Positions 12,517-25,800 of a stretch of DNA of 64,000 bases are shown here, in pieces; position 1 is the stretch's first letter; each line of letters starts with the position of its first letter. The translations under genes and the position numbers were made by a program. Under the pieces are notes generated by a model. It saw only the letters and a program-made list of their open reading frames with translations. It was not told where the DNA came from and made no database searches. This DNA is from Takakia lepidozioides. Taxonomy: Eukaryota > Plantae > Bryophyta. Location of the stretch: NCBI GenBank assembly GCA_030704615.1, contig CM060732.1, positions 16,740,001-16,804,000 of the forward strand. The letters are read 5' to 3'.

Positions 12517-12864
12517 GGTGTGCAGTGCCGCACACCACTTTCTACAATGTTTTGAACCCCCACAAGCAACCTCCATTCCTACCCTTCCGATCTAAGCATA
12601 CATTAAGAGGGAGATTAAATGGTGTGCGGCGCCGCACACCTTCTCAGCATCCATTTTTCCTCCCTTCAACACTCCATGGAACCTTGAACATGACCTTCAT
12701 GGGGTCTCGAACTATGTGCTTTTCAAATGGCACAAATGGTGTGCGGTGCCGCACACCCTTTCAGCAGGGACACCACCGCACACCCTTTCATGCCTCCAGC
12801 CCTACCCTTCCTGTCTAAGCGCACATTTAGATAGAGGTTGAGGGTGTGCGGCACCGCACACCCT
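12517..12864. repeat. Cluster of four 20-bp palindromes GGTGTGCGGCGCCGCACACC
   Basis: Copies at 12517, 12621 (perfect), 12738 and 12843, spaced about 104-117 bp. Confidence 0.9.
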
Positions 12865-14339
12865 TCTGCATGTTTTTTTCATTCCTTCAAAACTCCATGG
12901 ACCTTTTCTATGAGCTTGCTGGGCCAAGTTTTATGTGCTTTTCAATGGGCAGATACGGTGTTGTCGTTCCAGTTACATAACATCTTTGCCTGTCATGGTC
13001 CTCGCAACAATACCGGATACCCCTTGCTTTCTCCCCCATTTTGAGTATTGTCACGGAAATGTCAAATTGTTCTCATACGAGCAACATTGGTACCCGATGC
13101 ATTACCCCTACAGGGCGGATCCTACTGTCGTCGGCCATCTTTATGTGGAAGGTAACAGGCCGAGGTCTAGGTAGACCCAGTTATTTGGAAGCAGGGAATG
13201 AAACTGCATTACCCCAAGGGGTTGGAATCAAGAATGATCCGCTCGGGGAAGCGAAGAGGGAGCAGACCACGAAGTCGCCCTTAGTGACGGAGAGGAATTC
13301 GGTGAAGAAGCCACACAGGGAAATGGAAGGGGACAGACCAGGAGGTCTCCCCAAGCGATGGAGTAAGCACGGGCAACAAGGAAGAGTTTGCCTACGAAAC
13401 CGCTTTGAGCAGCGAAGAGGAAGCAGACCACGAAGTCGCCCCTAGTGACGAGGAGGAAATTGGTGAAGAAGCCAATCAAAGGAACGAGGAAGGAGCAGGT
13501 CACAAAGCCGTTCTTGGTCTCCTCCTCTGTCACCGTTGCTCTGTCACCATTGCTAGGCCATGCTAGCGGGCGAAAATGTTTAGGGTGCAGACTGATCCAC
13601 ACACCATCGCGCTCTTCCTTGCGTCGTATCGCTTTGGTATCCCGTTCCGCTATCTCAGGCGAGGTCAGCTCCTCCTAGCTCATGCAGCTTTGCTGTTCAA
13701 GGCCGTGAGCTCGGCTCTTGTCCTTCCCTTCGTCTTTCTCCCTAACTTACAGGCTTCACTTCGACTCCTTTGTAGTGCTGATTTCTACCTTCGCCTTCTT
13801 GGGCTATTTCTCCTTCCGTTCAGGTACCTTTGGTACGTAACTAGGCTGGTGGGTGAGCGACGTTGCTCCCCTTAGATGTGCGCTCTCAGTTCCTACCGAG
13901 CCGGCACTCATGTTCGTGTTTTTGTCATCCTCCATAGGGGTCAATATCCAACACCACCCCTTTATCTGGTCCCACTCTCAACATCCTTCATTCTTGGCCG
14001 AAACACGACCTCCAATGTCCTTCCTTGCTGTGCTTCACCCATAGCACATCAATGGGGAGGTAACGTCATGGACACAAAACATAATGTCGGAGCATGCTAC
14101 AATTGATTAACATGAATGAACTAGAACGGAAGGAAGATATGGGGGTACTCGTCCTCGTTAGGCACGCCAATTTTGTCCACATTGGGCAGCCCATGTGGAG
14201 TGTGCCCTTTCAACTCCATTCCCACTAGACGTTGCATCTCCTGCCTCTTGTGAAGAGCATCTTGTATAGGAAACCACGTCTTGTCGAACTGCGCATTGCA
14301 AATAAGCAAAAAACGGTAAGGAAAGAGGGCTGAAAACAT

Positions 14340-15050
14340 ATGAGGCAGCCAAATTGTAGCAACAGAAATGTAGAGGTCTTACCGGACCCGCCCCATTTGG
14401 ACGGGGTTGAACAAACGTTTCATGGAGATACAGGTTTATGTAATGGGTGCAAAAGTAACCACATTCCCAATTCGAAGGCTGTTGGGGCAGAAGAGGCCGC
14501 AACCACCGGGCTGGGGAACATGCCCACTTCCATTCTGGTGATGCAGGGAACAGGCCGCGTAGCACGGCCCACAATTTAGCGACATATTGGTGGAGGTGAC
14601 GATCCTTATGTGACTTCTGGACAGAGTTCAGGTGTAGGAACTTGTGAGCCTCTAGAATAAGCACGCTCCAGTGGGAACTACAAAAAAACTAGCAATATGT
14701 GAGCATGTAAAAAACATGTATGTTCAGACATACACACGGTAATGGATGGGGTAAGGACTTCACATGCGATACACGAAAGAGACAATGGGGATGAAGAGCA
14801 CTTACTCATAAAAGACCTGCATAGTAAGAGCATGAATTCCAGAAACCATCAAATTCTGTCTGTGCAGCAGAGAACTTCTGGTCGTAGACTCGCATGTGTT
14901 GGCGAAATGCATGGTATCTGAGCAAATTTGAAACTTCACCATGCGCCACAGAGGTGTTCATCTGTTTCCCAGCCAATGCGTCGGTGGTATTCTTTACTAT
15001 TGTTTTTTCGTCTTCAGGTGCATCTGCCTGCAACCATTGAATTCGCATGC
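14340..15050 (-). pseudogene. Ulp1/C48 SUMO-protease-like domain exons
   Basis: FWNSCSYY, then after an AG acceptor SHWSVLIL..HLNS and QQPSNWECGYFC (His, Gln and Cys in Ulp1 order; the Asp position appears as Asn). Confidence 0.7.
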
Positions 15051-15233
15051 TGAAGCCCTAAAATGCGCATGAAATACACGAGAAGCAGCAACAACAATGC
15101 AAAATATCATATACACGATGAGGGTAAGGTAGGGTGGGTTAGGTACCTGGCGCTCCATGTACCAACGACCATATGCCGATGCAAAGAACTCCCTGAATTT
15201 GTTGTTTCCAGTTGTGAGGAGCGTGGCAAAACA

Positions 15234-17032
15234 TTATGTGAATGTGGGGTCGTCCAATGCAGGAAAACCATCGGGGAACAGATTGAAATCTCTTAAGAAC
15301 CAGAATCCACACGGTGCCACATTCTTCGGTCGTGGAGGGACAGGCAGAGTCGATTGCAGATGCGATACCTGTTCTTTGAAGAGAGCAATGGCTTCTGTTC
15401 TGTTCTGAGGATAGACAAGATTGGGTGCAGGCAGGCTGGCAGCAATGGGAAGAGGTGCTCTATCCACCACGCTATCGTCATGCTGGAAAGCGTCATCCGA
15501 GTCAGTCGTGCTGTCGATATCATATACTTCAGGCACCTTCAATCCCCGCTTTCGAGTTTGATGATTGTGAGTGCCTGTACAAGGATGGGAAGGCCCGGGC
15601 TCCTACGAGATGGGCTTATTCACTCTCTTTCTCACGGCCAACGGCACCAATCGCCTGCGTTTAGCGGGTGTTACTTCCTTCTCATGCATGTCGTCCTCCT
15701 TCGGGCCCTCCTTGGTGACATTCCCTATGGCCATGGCGTGACTATATTTCCGCTTAGGCATGAAGCTTTTGTCAATGAGAACCTGTTCCATCACAGCTCG
15801 TTGGCCAGCTTCAAAAACAGGATACATCTTCAGCTTCCTGTTTACTTTAGGACAACCATTAATCCTATGAACATTCAGCTTTTTCTTATCCTTGTAAATA
15901 ATGTGGCAGTAGATACATTTGAATGGTTTTCTGTGCTGATCACCCGGTTCTTCAATGCGGGCCTTGAAGTGCGCCTCGCAAATGAGGTCGGCCCACTCGT
16001 CACTATCATAATCCTCATGGTATTGGCGTCTGTCATTGTGCTTCGCTTCACCATATTGATGAGGTAATGAGGTTTGTAAAATGCAAAGCAAACGGATCAC
16101 GGTCAATACACACACATACTCTTCCAATGTCTGTGTTACATCCCACTTTATGTACAAGTTGAATGAATTTGTATGGAGGCCCACTTGCTCCTTCGCATTC
16201 GACATTACCTTCGTTTACGTTGATCCATTGTCACTGACCCGTTCATAGAATTCATGCCAGTAATGGAAATGAAGGGAAGTACCTTGAATTACTTGGAACC
16301 ACCAAGTCATGAGGTTGAGCCACATATCCACGGCAGGGTCGGAAATTTCGAGTGGAAAAAACCACATGGTCCTTATACTCTCCGATGCATTCCAGATTGA
16401 CAGCCACCTTATCTGCCATTTCCGATCCAATGTCAGAAACAGGAAGTACAGTCCCTATTGCCATGCAGGAAATGCAGTGCAGTGCAACCTCACCTTCTCT
16501 TTCGCATCCACACATGCTGTTGAGACGTGATGCAGTTTCTCCAACTGCCCGGTCGGGTGTATGGCCCGAGAATAATGTTTTGCAATCTCGGGGACGAAGT
16601 CCTTTCCAAGAGCCGGATTTGCAATGACCACCAGCTTCACAAGCTTTGACTTGTATTTGATTCTGGACTTCACCCCGGCTTCCCTCAAGTGGTCCGTCAA
16701 TGCTTGCAATGTTTTGGGCTGCCCCTCACTTTCCATGAAGCAGCGTTTGGCATAGGCAAAATCCAGCTTGATCTGTTTGCCTGCAAACAACCAAATGCAC
16801 AAACATTACATTCGATACATGTGCACAGAAGACAGGAAATTGGGGAAGGCTCAGGTGAGGAAAATGGGAGCATGACTTACTTCGTATACCACCTCTACCA
16901 TTCCATCGATAATGAGTCGATACCATGTCCGGTCTATTTTAGCCATGGCTTTTTGAATGAGCTCCGGATCTAGGAGGTCGGCGAACTGTTGCAAGTCAGT
17001 CAGACCGGGGTCAGACCAGTTTTCCTCACCCT
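15234..17032 (-). pseudogene. Middle exons of a large spliced TE-like gene, including a C2HC-type Zn finger
   Basis: FKCIYCHIIYKDKKKLNVHRINGC at about 15850-15925. Several GT-AG bounded coding blocks, e.g. 16880-17030 and 16490-16780. Confidence 0.5.
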
Positions 17033-17189
17033 GTACAGCATATGTGCTATATTGGTATGCACGTATGCATTTTCAGTGACCCTGCAAGGCCCACTCTACA
17101 ATTCAGTCCACTGATGGGTGCAAATAAAATTGATTGAAAATGGAATGCGGCACCGCATTTCGGGATTCAATGGGATGGGAATTAGAATC

Positions 17190-17726
17190 TTACGAGTTCA
17201 GGTCCACCATAGCATTTTTCAATAAGGAGGAGTCTACCGCCTTGACCTTTAGGATGACACACTCCACCATGTAATGCCAGCCAATTTGCTTGGCATGGTT
17301 CTGCTTGATGTACTCCCACCATGCAAGAAGACGGTGATTCCCATCCCAGACATAAAACATTTTGCCCAACATATGCCTGAAGTCTCGATCACCCTTCAAC
17401 ATTCCCTCGAATTCTTCGTTGTGATTGTGCCTGTGGGGATCCCATGATGACAATTCTTCCGCTATCGGACCACGCGATTCACCTTCCTCATTTTCAATGG
17501 AAACGTAGAAGGCGGGAGAACCCAGATGATACCCTTCTCGAAATGCAAACTTCAGCTTATCCACATCCCCTGGGAGAGCCTGCTTGACGATGGGGAGGGA
17601 GACCATGCGACAAAGTGGAATTCGCAGTGTCCGAGCGAAGATGCTGCTCCCCAGAACTCTGCCAATGCTGCTGTATGTCTCCTCCAACATGGCATCCGCT
17701 GCACTTTGGAATTCCTCCGGTGACAT
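17190..17726 (-). CDS. ParB/Srx-fold-like domain exon (DGNHR motif)
   Basis: LRIPLCRM..DVDKLKFAFREGY..FYVS....FYVWDGNHRLLAW..VECVIL..AMVDLN, ending at a GT donor (ctc|gtaag). Confidence 0.6.
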   Translation of the reverse strand: MSPEEFQSAADAMLEETYSSIGRVLGSSIFARTLRIPLCRMVSLPIVKQALPGDVDKLKFAFREGYHLGSPAFYVSIENEEGESRGPIAEELSSWDPHRHNHNEEFEGMLKGDRDFRHMLGKMFYVWDGNHRLLAWWEYIKQNHAKQIGWHYMVECVILKVKAVDSSLLKNAMVDLNS

Positions 17727-19372
17727 TTCTGGAGGTGGAGGAAGGGGCTGATCAGATGGAGCACCCCCACCCGTACTTGTAGGCTGGGATTGACGGCGGG
17801 CAGTTCTCGCATTTGAAAGACGTCCTCCACACCTTCCCTGGCAACATGAAGTTCGTGCAGAATGCTGGAGAAGTCATGCTCCAGACGTTAAGCAGGAGCA
17901 CCCTTATCCGTTGAGAGATCGATCACATTGGTCGAAAGCAGCCCGTGCTTGATGAGAGTACCGAACCGGAGCAGTCCGCTTTCTCCCCCCCCCCCCCCCC
18001 CCCTAAGAGAATGAAGCAGAAGGGGGCAGTGCAGATTCAAATGGATTCACCGGTTCCACGAGCTGAAGCTCAGTTCCTGCAAGAGTTTGAGACTGAAACT
18101 GGCGGCAAGTCTGCTACAGTGAAGGCAAGTGCCAGCCAATACGTCCTCGCAAAGCCAAATACATAGAGTTTGAATGCCACGAACCCTAGGTAATGGTCTG
18201 CTTGATGCTCCTGCTGCTGGCCGTCTGGTGATCGTTGCTCGTATGGTCAAAACACAAACATGTGAATCTGTCGCAAGTGTGTTCTCACTTTTTCTGGCAC
18301 ATTCTCTCCATCGATGACGTTAGAAGTGGCATAACCAACTATCATTCTCCTCCACAAGAGCATGCAAGACAATGCCATTACACGGATGAAAGAGATCATA
18401 TAGAGTGGTGGTGTGATGTTGTGAGGGCACGGCGGAAGTGGAGGACGCCAAGCTACTGGACAGAGACTGCTTCAGACATTTCGCACGTGAGTGGCATCCT
18501 TGTAATTAAAAAGTGAATCTAGGCATATCTCATACTTATGTCATGTGGCCTGTCATGTGCATGTATGCATGTTGGGGCATGGATGGGCGTGAGGCATGTG
18601 GACGGCACGGGGTGTGGCGATCATGTAATTCGGGTTTTCATGTATTGATTCGCCGACCGCGGAGGGTGGGTTGCCCAGGGGAGGGGCGGGTGGGTCGTCA
18701 CTGGGCCCGGTGACAGGGGTGTTAGGGCATTCAACTCCCCGGGCACTTCTATCACTTGGCAGCGGGTGCTCTTTTTGGACTTTACTGTGAGGTGGTAGAG
18801 GATACCGCAGGTAAGCGTGACTTTAGTGACGTGGCAGGTAAGTGGACAGTGCAATCAATTTGCGGTACTCGTCTGCTGAGCTCTCATCCCATTTTATGGG
18901 GGTGCGCTACAAAAGTGCTCGGCGACCTGGCCCTACCGCCCCATGCATGGAAGCGATATGTGTACTTGGCCTTTTTTGTCCGTTTCCTCCCTTTTTCTTC
19001 CTCCCTTTTTCCTCCCTAAACGGAGGGCCGGGTACATGGAAGGCCACTCTTAGGTTTTGTTTCCTCCCTAGGGCCAACCAATATCCAGGATATACAGATA
19101 ACTTGGCAACTTTCCATTCCTGGGCCCATTTGCTGCAGAAGGGCATAGAACTTGAAAGTAAATGACTGCCAACAACTCTACAGAATCTTTTCCATTTTGT
19201 CTCTCTTTCATCAGTCACCCTGTGAAGTGAACTCTCCATTTGATGTTTGCCTCCACCCACCCACTCTTTTCATGTACATCACATGACAGAATTAGGATCC
19301 AATTAGGATCCCTCTGCGTAGATCTAATCAGAGCTTTTGTGTCTTATGAACATTGTCTGTACTTTAATGTAC

Positions 19373-21914
19373 TCAAAAGGGGCGTGGGGGTTTCTCCAAG
19401 ACAGCAGAAAAATAGACCTCATTGTCGTCTTTGTCAATCTTTGGCATTACCATCCACAAGTGCTGCCGATATCTAAGCTGTGTAAAGTAGTACTGGTAGC
19501 TTGACAGATCATCCTTTGTACAAAAGAATCTGTCTACCCAGAGAAGCCCACCAGGTCGAAGCACCCGATCAAAATCAAACAGAATGAAGTCCAACAGCTG
19601 GTGGTCGATCCACCCATCCAAAAACAGTGTGGTGTGCAAGATGTCCAGAGTGTTGTCAAAGAAGGGAAGGCGCTGATTGACTGTTATGTAAAGTGGGAGA
19701 AGCCCTCGAAGGGCAATCAGCTCACTGAAAGGAGCACCTAAGTTAAGCACCACAGAAATTATGGTGACATCATTCTCTCTCATGCGTGCGGCAAATGTCC
19801 CCGTTCCCATGCTAAAATCCAAGCCAATTCGGATCTCCCCCGGTTTGATAGCCAACACATCTTTGATCAAAAACTCTGCATCAGTTGTATTTGGCACAAC
19901 CCAGCGCAGCTTCTCATGCCCCAACAGGTCAAAGCATGGGTTGCACTTGAAGAACTGCTTCCGGGTTTTTGATGCCAGACACTGAAAGTTCTTACAAATG
20001 TAGTTGTCCCATCGCACATTCCTGTTGTCAGGAAATGTCCACAGTGATTCATTGGTAGGGAGGGGCTTGATGAAGAATTTGGGCCCCCGAGCAAGACACC
20101 TTCTTCTTGGAAGAGGGTCACAACCCAGGACCATCAGTCTCTGCGCTAAGGTCCAATCATCCTGGCAATATTCACCCACGTCGTATTCCATGTACTGCTC
20201 CAGCTCAAACTTGTTGGACACACAGGCGTGCCCAATTGTCCCATAGGTTGCGTTTATTCCCATAAAATTCTTTTTCCCAAGCCGATTCTCCCTCACCTAC
20301 GCATGCAGTTGAACAGATGAATGCGTCTAGGGGACCGAATCAAGAACAACTATAGAAGTGATAGCAACTATAGGAGAGAGAATTGCATTCCTTCTGCCTT
20401 ACCTCAGCCTATTTTGCAGGTAAGTCTTGTGCTTTTTGCCAAGACGGCTGAAGACAAGTCAGATGATGTGCATTTCTTCTTCACGTCAAGGAATCCTTTT
20501 GAGAAGACTTGCATAATCATGATTCATGTAAAAACTGCCTGCCCCATAGTTGCAATATATGGGTGCTGTGACATGACTTGCCCTGATAAAGCTCTTCCGT
20601 TCCGCTGAGTCCCACATATATAAATGTTCAGTTTTAAATACAGCCAAGGAGCTCCACATATGAAGTCTACTGCAAGGCTGAAACCCTATCAATTGTCAGC
20701 AGAACATGGGCTCGTATTGTGTACTTCATACTCAATTGAGGAAAATGCCTCAGAAGCTGCAGGGGAAATCTCTTCCTTCCCCCAAAATAAATTGCAGAAA
20801 AAGACTAGAGAATTGTGGGTGTGCATATCTCTCCCCAAACAAAAGGGGTATATGTAAGCACAAAAGATCAGGATGTGTTTGAGGTACAAGAAGATGTTGA
20901 ATTCCGTTTTCAAAGAAAAAGACCAGGGAGAGAGAGAGAGAGAGAGACTCTTCCCTTCTACACAGGGACGGCTTCTGCAGACTCAACAATATGGAGCAAA
21001 GCTAGCCTCCCCGGCATGGACTCGAGCAAACCGTTGCTGCAAGGCATGAGCCAGAAATCAGGAATCAGCTCTGCCTCTTCTCCCCAAGTTGGTCTGGTTC
21101 CTTTCTCTTGGAAAGTGGCTTTGCTCAACCACTCCCCCCTGGTCTATCTGGAATCGGTGCGGTTGTCTGCCCTCTAACCCTGCCAGGGCGGCATTTCTTG
21201 GCTGTAAGCGAAGTTTTTGGCTAATTGAGTTTGATGTGACATAATTCGAATTTCTGGTGCAAGAAGAGAAGTAGAGAGAGAGGGAAAAGGATTGGGAGGG
21301 TTGAGCCTTACCTTTATGTACTTGCGAATCTCTTCAATCTCGAAGAAATCATACAGAGGATTGGTGTCTACTTTCTCCTCTTTCTCGGGCCATTCATCTT
21401 CCTCTTTTCCTTCCTCCACTGTCTTACCTTCAGTTGCCCCTTTATCAAAGTGTTGGTCCGATGCTAAAGAACTCGCCATACCTGCCCCTTGCCGCCTGCT
21501 CGAGAGTTCCAGCCCCTTTTGCTTCACTTGGGTTAGAATGCTCCCCACTAGATCAAGAGTGGCCGCTATTTCCACTAACAAGTTGCTACTTCTGGTTCTC
21601 TCAAAATTGAGTTGCAACAATGCAGGTCCCAGTGCATCGGGGGGTTCCCCTTTCACCCTCTCCTGTATCTCTTCCATAGATTTTCCTACCTTGACCTGCA
21701 AATCTGCGACCTTGGGATAGAGGGAGATAACCTGGGCGGCAATTGAGTCGCCACCCAACTTGTCGAAGCACTCATTGTTGGGATTAAAGAAGAAACCCGA
21801 GAACAGGTGAAGAACAACGCTTACAGTCACTAAAGCGACAAGGATGCCGAACGCAACTTGAATCCAGCTGGCAACTTTGACAGAACCCCTGGGGAACAAA
21901 TGCCTATGTATCAT
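19373..21914 (-). CDS. Membrane-anchored SAM-dependent methyltransferase (Methyltransf_29 / At1g29790-like); exons 21914-21312 and 20296-19373
   Basis: N-terminal TM segment. In-frame splice YIK|VREN (GT at 21311, AG at 20297). GCDPLPRRRC, IRIGLDFSMGTGTFAARM, QRLPFFDNTLD, DRVLRPGGLLWVDRFFC, AVLEKPPR. No stops. Confidence 0.92.
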
Positions 21915-22806
21915 CCTTGGCCCCTGCCTCCACTCAACTCTATCTCTCTCTCTCTCTCCATCTCTCTCACTTTCTTTCTCTTTCCCGACCTGCCGATGTG
22001 TGTCCGTCTTACTCGGATGACTTCCAACCGTCATTATCTTGAGATAGAAATCTACGCTCGACCCCTCGACCCCTACTCCTACCGCTCCTTAAACAGGGCC
22101 TTGGCAAGCAGCATGAAAAAACCTAGGGCCAAACTATCTTCACAGCCGTTGTGATCTTTCTTCGCCTTCAGCTCAAATTCTCTGAATCTCAATCGGTAAC
22201 ATTTTCCCAATTCTGGACCCTCTTCAGCCTCTTCCTCTTCCACACACATATAATCAAACCTCCATTCTGTCTTCTCTCACTCTACAGTTCAAACGGACGC
22301 GGGCTGGATGTTGATTGACGCCCCTTCTTGTCGCAAAGAGAGACGCAGCGCGTGCAACGACCGGATCGTCCATCGCAGCGCACAACGCACTCGCTGCCTC
22401 TTCCGCAGCCTCTCGCACATCGTGTCACGTGCGACAGCTCTTTATGAAATCTGCTCTCCTGTCTTCTTTTTTATTCATTCATTAACTCCATCAGTCGGTA
22501 ACTCAGTAGGATGGAGTGCCACCCAGGCGATTCTGGGTTCAACTCTTCCTACTTTGTCGGGTGTGGTATAATCTTCGCCCCCTTTCCTTGCTCGGCGAGG
22601 TTCACTTGAAAGAGGTTTTTCTTTTCCTCTCACAATAACTAAGGGGCCTGATTTGTAATAGCCTAGAGTGTAGTTGTTTGAACTTGAAAGAGGTTTTTTT
22701 TTTCCTCTCACTAAGTAGAGTGTAGTTGTTCGGGGTGTTTTCTTTGTAAAGGAGATACGTTGGTAGCAAGGAATATATTAGGTTATTTGAAGCAATCAAT
22801 ACAGGT

Positions 22807-25800
22807 TAAAAATGCCAGGATATTATTTTTTTCATTCCTCTTTTATTGCTTTTTCATCCGTACCGGATGAGGCATTTTTGGGATGTTGAATTACTTGTGA
22901 GGATGTCAAACCGTTCCCTTGGATGTTATTTCCTGTTTTTTCATCCTACTGATGGATTTTTCCCAACGGATGAACTCAAGGATGTTTTTTTCATCTGAAC
23001 CGGATGATGTGTACAGCTTTTGATGGCCATGGACTTATATTAATTACCCCTAATTATGGTTAATTAAGGTGTGAAACCCTGATCCCTACCCTAAAACCTA
23101 CCGTTTAACCTAGCTACGGAAAAAATCCGTCAGGTTTTAAAGGATGTGATGTTGATTGTTCATCCTGCACGGATGAAAAATCGGGCAAGTGCCCTAGGAT
23201 GTCTCTCCCACCGTCAGAAGCACGAGCCGTGCTTTTGAGCTCGCGGGGAGAACGTTATGGCGTCTGCGTTTTGCTGCTGCCCTGTTTGCTGCATCATACC
23301 CATGTTGGGCGATCTCCTGGGATGCGCAATGGCGGCGTTTTGTTTTTCTTACAGGCGGGAGACAATGCTGTGAATGCATCGTCTTTTTCCCTCCTCTGGC
23401 TTTTAATTTTTGCAGCGGCGCTTGTGTTAACTGTTGCAACAGAGTATCAGACCCCGTACGTGAATGTCTTGAATCTGTGATAGGGCAGGATGTTCTTACT
23501 TGCCCAAGATACCTTGCATGATGCATGTCTTGGGATAATTACGGATGATATAGTATGAGGCTGCAATTTATCCTGTATTGCGCAAGAGGGTTACTTGGTT
23601 ATATGTCAGGAATCTGAACATGAATAAACCCCGCCCTCCCACCCTGTTTTATCATGATTGATAGGGTGTTGTCACTTGGTAAGCTATGACAAGATTGAAA
23701 GTGTTAGATGGTGCCCTGTCATGGGCTGTTTATGTCTTTAATTGACAATGACCCCAGTGGGTCTTGTCCATGTCTTGACATGACATGAATATCTTCCCTC
23801 TCTTCCTTGTTCAGTGTACTTAGTGGTGTTTGTACACACTATCTACTGTCTTCCTTTTTGGTTATTGCTTCACCATTGTGACATAATGACATGTTGCTTG
23901 GTTGGCCTGGCAGAAAGCCAGCAAGGCCGTGTTTGAGTGGAAGGATGAGCTTAAGGCCCTTAGATATCAGCTGCCCCTCCTACTCCAGCAATGCAAGCTA
24001 CATTTGCACAAATCAAATCAGGTGACTTTCATGCTACCATACAAAGGCTGGAATTTGAAGCCATTGAAGACGCCGGTGATAACCGACCTGTCTTATTGCT
24101 TGAAACATTAGCTTTGGAGGACTGGGTTGCTCTTGGCATTATGGTAAACAAGAATGGGAAGTGGTTGGAAAAACTCCAGAAATACCACTCTAGGTTGTTG
24201 GAAGTATTGGAGGATGATGCTACTGAGATTGTTGCTTGGGAAAAGAAGGGCTCCTCAATTGAAGAGGGCCTTAGGCTGGCTAACAATACAGATGCCTTAC
24301 CTGTGTCCACCCATAAGTCCTCGACCACTGTTGAAAAGGAATTTATACCCACAGTGAGCAATCACCCAGTTCTGGGTTGTATGGACGTACTGGATGAAGA
24401 AAAGGAAGTTGTAAAAGACTTTTTTTATCAGGTCGTGCTTTCTCAACTGGAACAAGATCGAGCTGCAGGGGCTATACCAGGTAACCAACAATTCGTTCCT
24501 TAGTTATCCCCTAGGGCAGTTGAGCTTGAAGTTGCCAATAACGACCATATGATGTGGCATCCATTGGCCAACATTAATCTGCTGGCCCCTATTTCGATTG
24601 ATATGTGGGTCAAATGGGACAACATAACACCAACCGAACGAACAGGTGTGCACAGGATGCCAAAGACTACTTCCAGAGTTCAAAAAAGAGCTAATTGCCC
24701 TTGCATGGCCTCTACGAACCTTTTACTATAAACTTTGTGACCAAGGTGAGAACTTGACCTTACGGACCAAGAATGACTTACCTACTGGTTCAGCCAGATC
24801 TAAGAATCACAAAAGTCAGTTGTTAAACTGGCATAGGCCTTACATTCGATGTAATTGTGGGTCTGGAAATGCATCATCTGGTTGTGTTGTGTTTCTTGGT
24901 TTGACCATATGGTATGGTACATGTTGAATAACTTGACGGTTTTCTTTCCTGATGATACACACCCTTCTATTCAAACCAAGTATTATAATTTTCTGGTATG
25001 GATCATGAAGGCCGCCAGATCTGCCGTTCTGGCACAATTCACCTTCCAGATGATACGAGAATTTATCATGGAGGCAGCTTGTGAATTTGCAGCTGACCCC
25101 AATGCTAAATTGCTCATCAGATTGGGTGACTCCAAGACGGCTAGATACATTGAAAAGATGCTGAAACCTGGTACTTTTTCGGACAGCCAGCCCAAGCCTC
25201 AGTTCAACAACTACAAACGGCAGCATATGGAGGGACAGACGCCTCACCAACAAGGCAAAACATATGCTTCCCGGGGAAGAGGTACCCGGTACGTGCAAGA
25301 GGCCTCTACCAAGGGGTGGACACTCTGGCCGAATGCAGTCTTCTGCCAATACATCTGAAAATACCAGACCACCCAGCCATTCTACACCTAGCGGATCGGG
25401 GTCTCATTCTACTACCACCATCAACATTGCCAGTCAAGAATCATACAAGACCCAGAGGGGCTCTGAGGGGTTCTCCCCGATCCGCAGACGGGATTTCGGA
25501 TCTTGGAAGGATGTCTGATTGGGTATGCTCTTCTCATTTACTTGTATGCACATTCTTGAGAACACTTCTGGATATATGCAGACTGATACCCACATCCATG
25601 GTAGTTAATTATCTATTCATGACAGTGTAGCTCAATCATCTATATGTCATACCAAGGTTTAAAGAGGATCTGTCCCTTGTTTTATTATCCCTGTTTTCTG
25701 TTCAAATGACACCCAACTGCTAATCTTTAAAAATGGAAAGATGAGGAGTAGGCCTTTCCAACCCCTATGGCATAACTTTCCAGGGGTTGGAATCTACTTT

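Noticed and set aside
21915-22034. N-terminal extension of the methyltransferase ORF from the upstream ATG
   Set aside because: It crosses a GA-rich low-complexity tract typical of a 5' UTR; the ATG at 21914 is preferred but not proven.
22807-23184. Direct repeats interpreted as LTRs
   Set aside because: No TG..CA ends, PBS, PPT or gag/pol between them.
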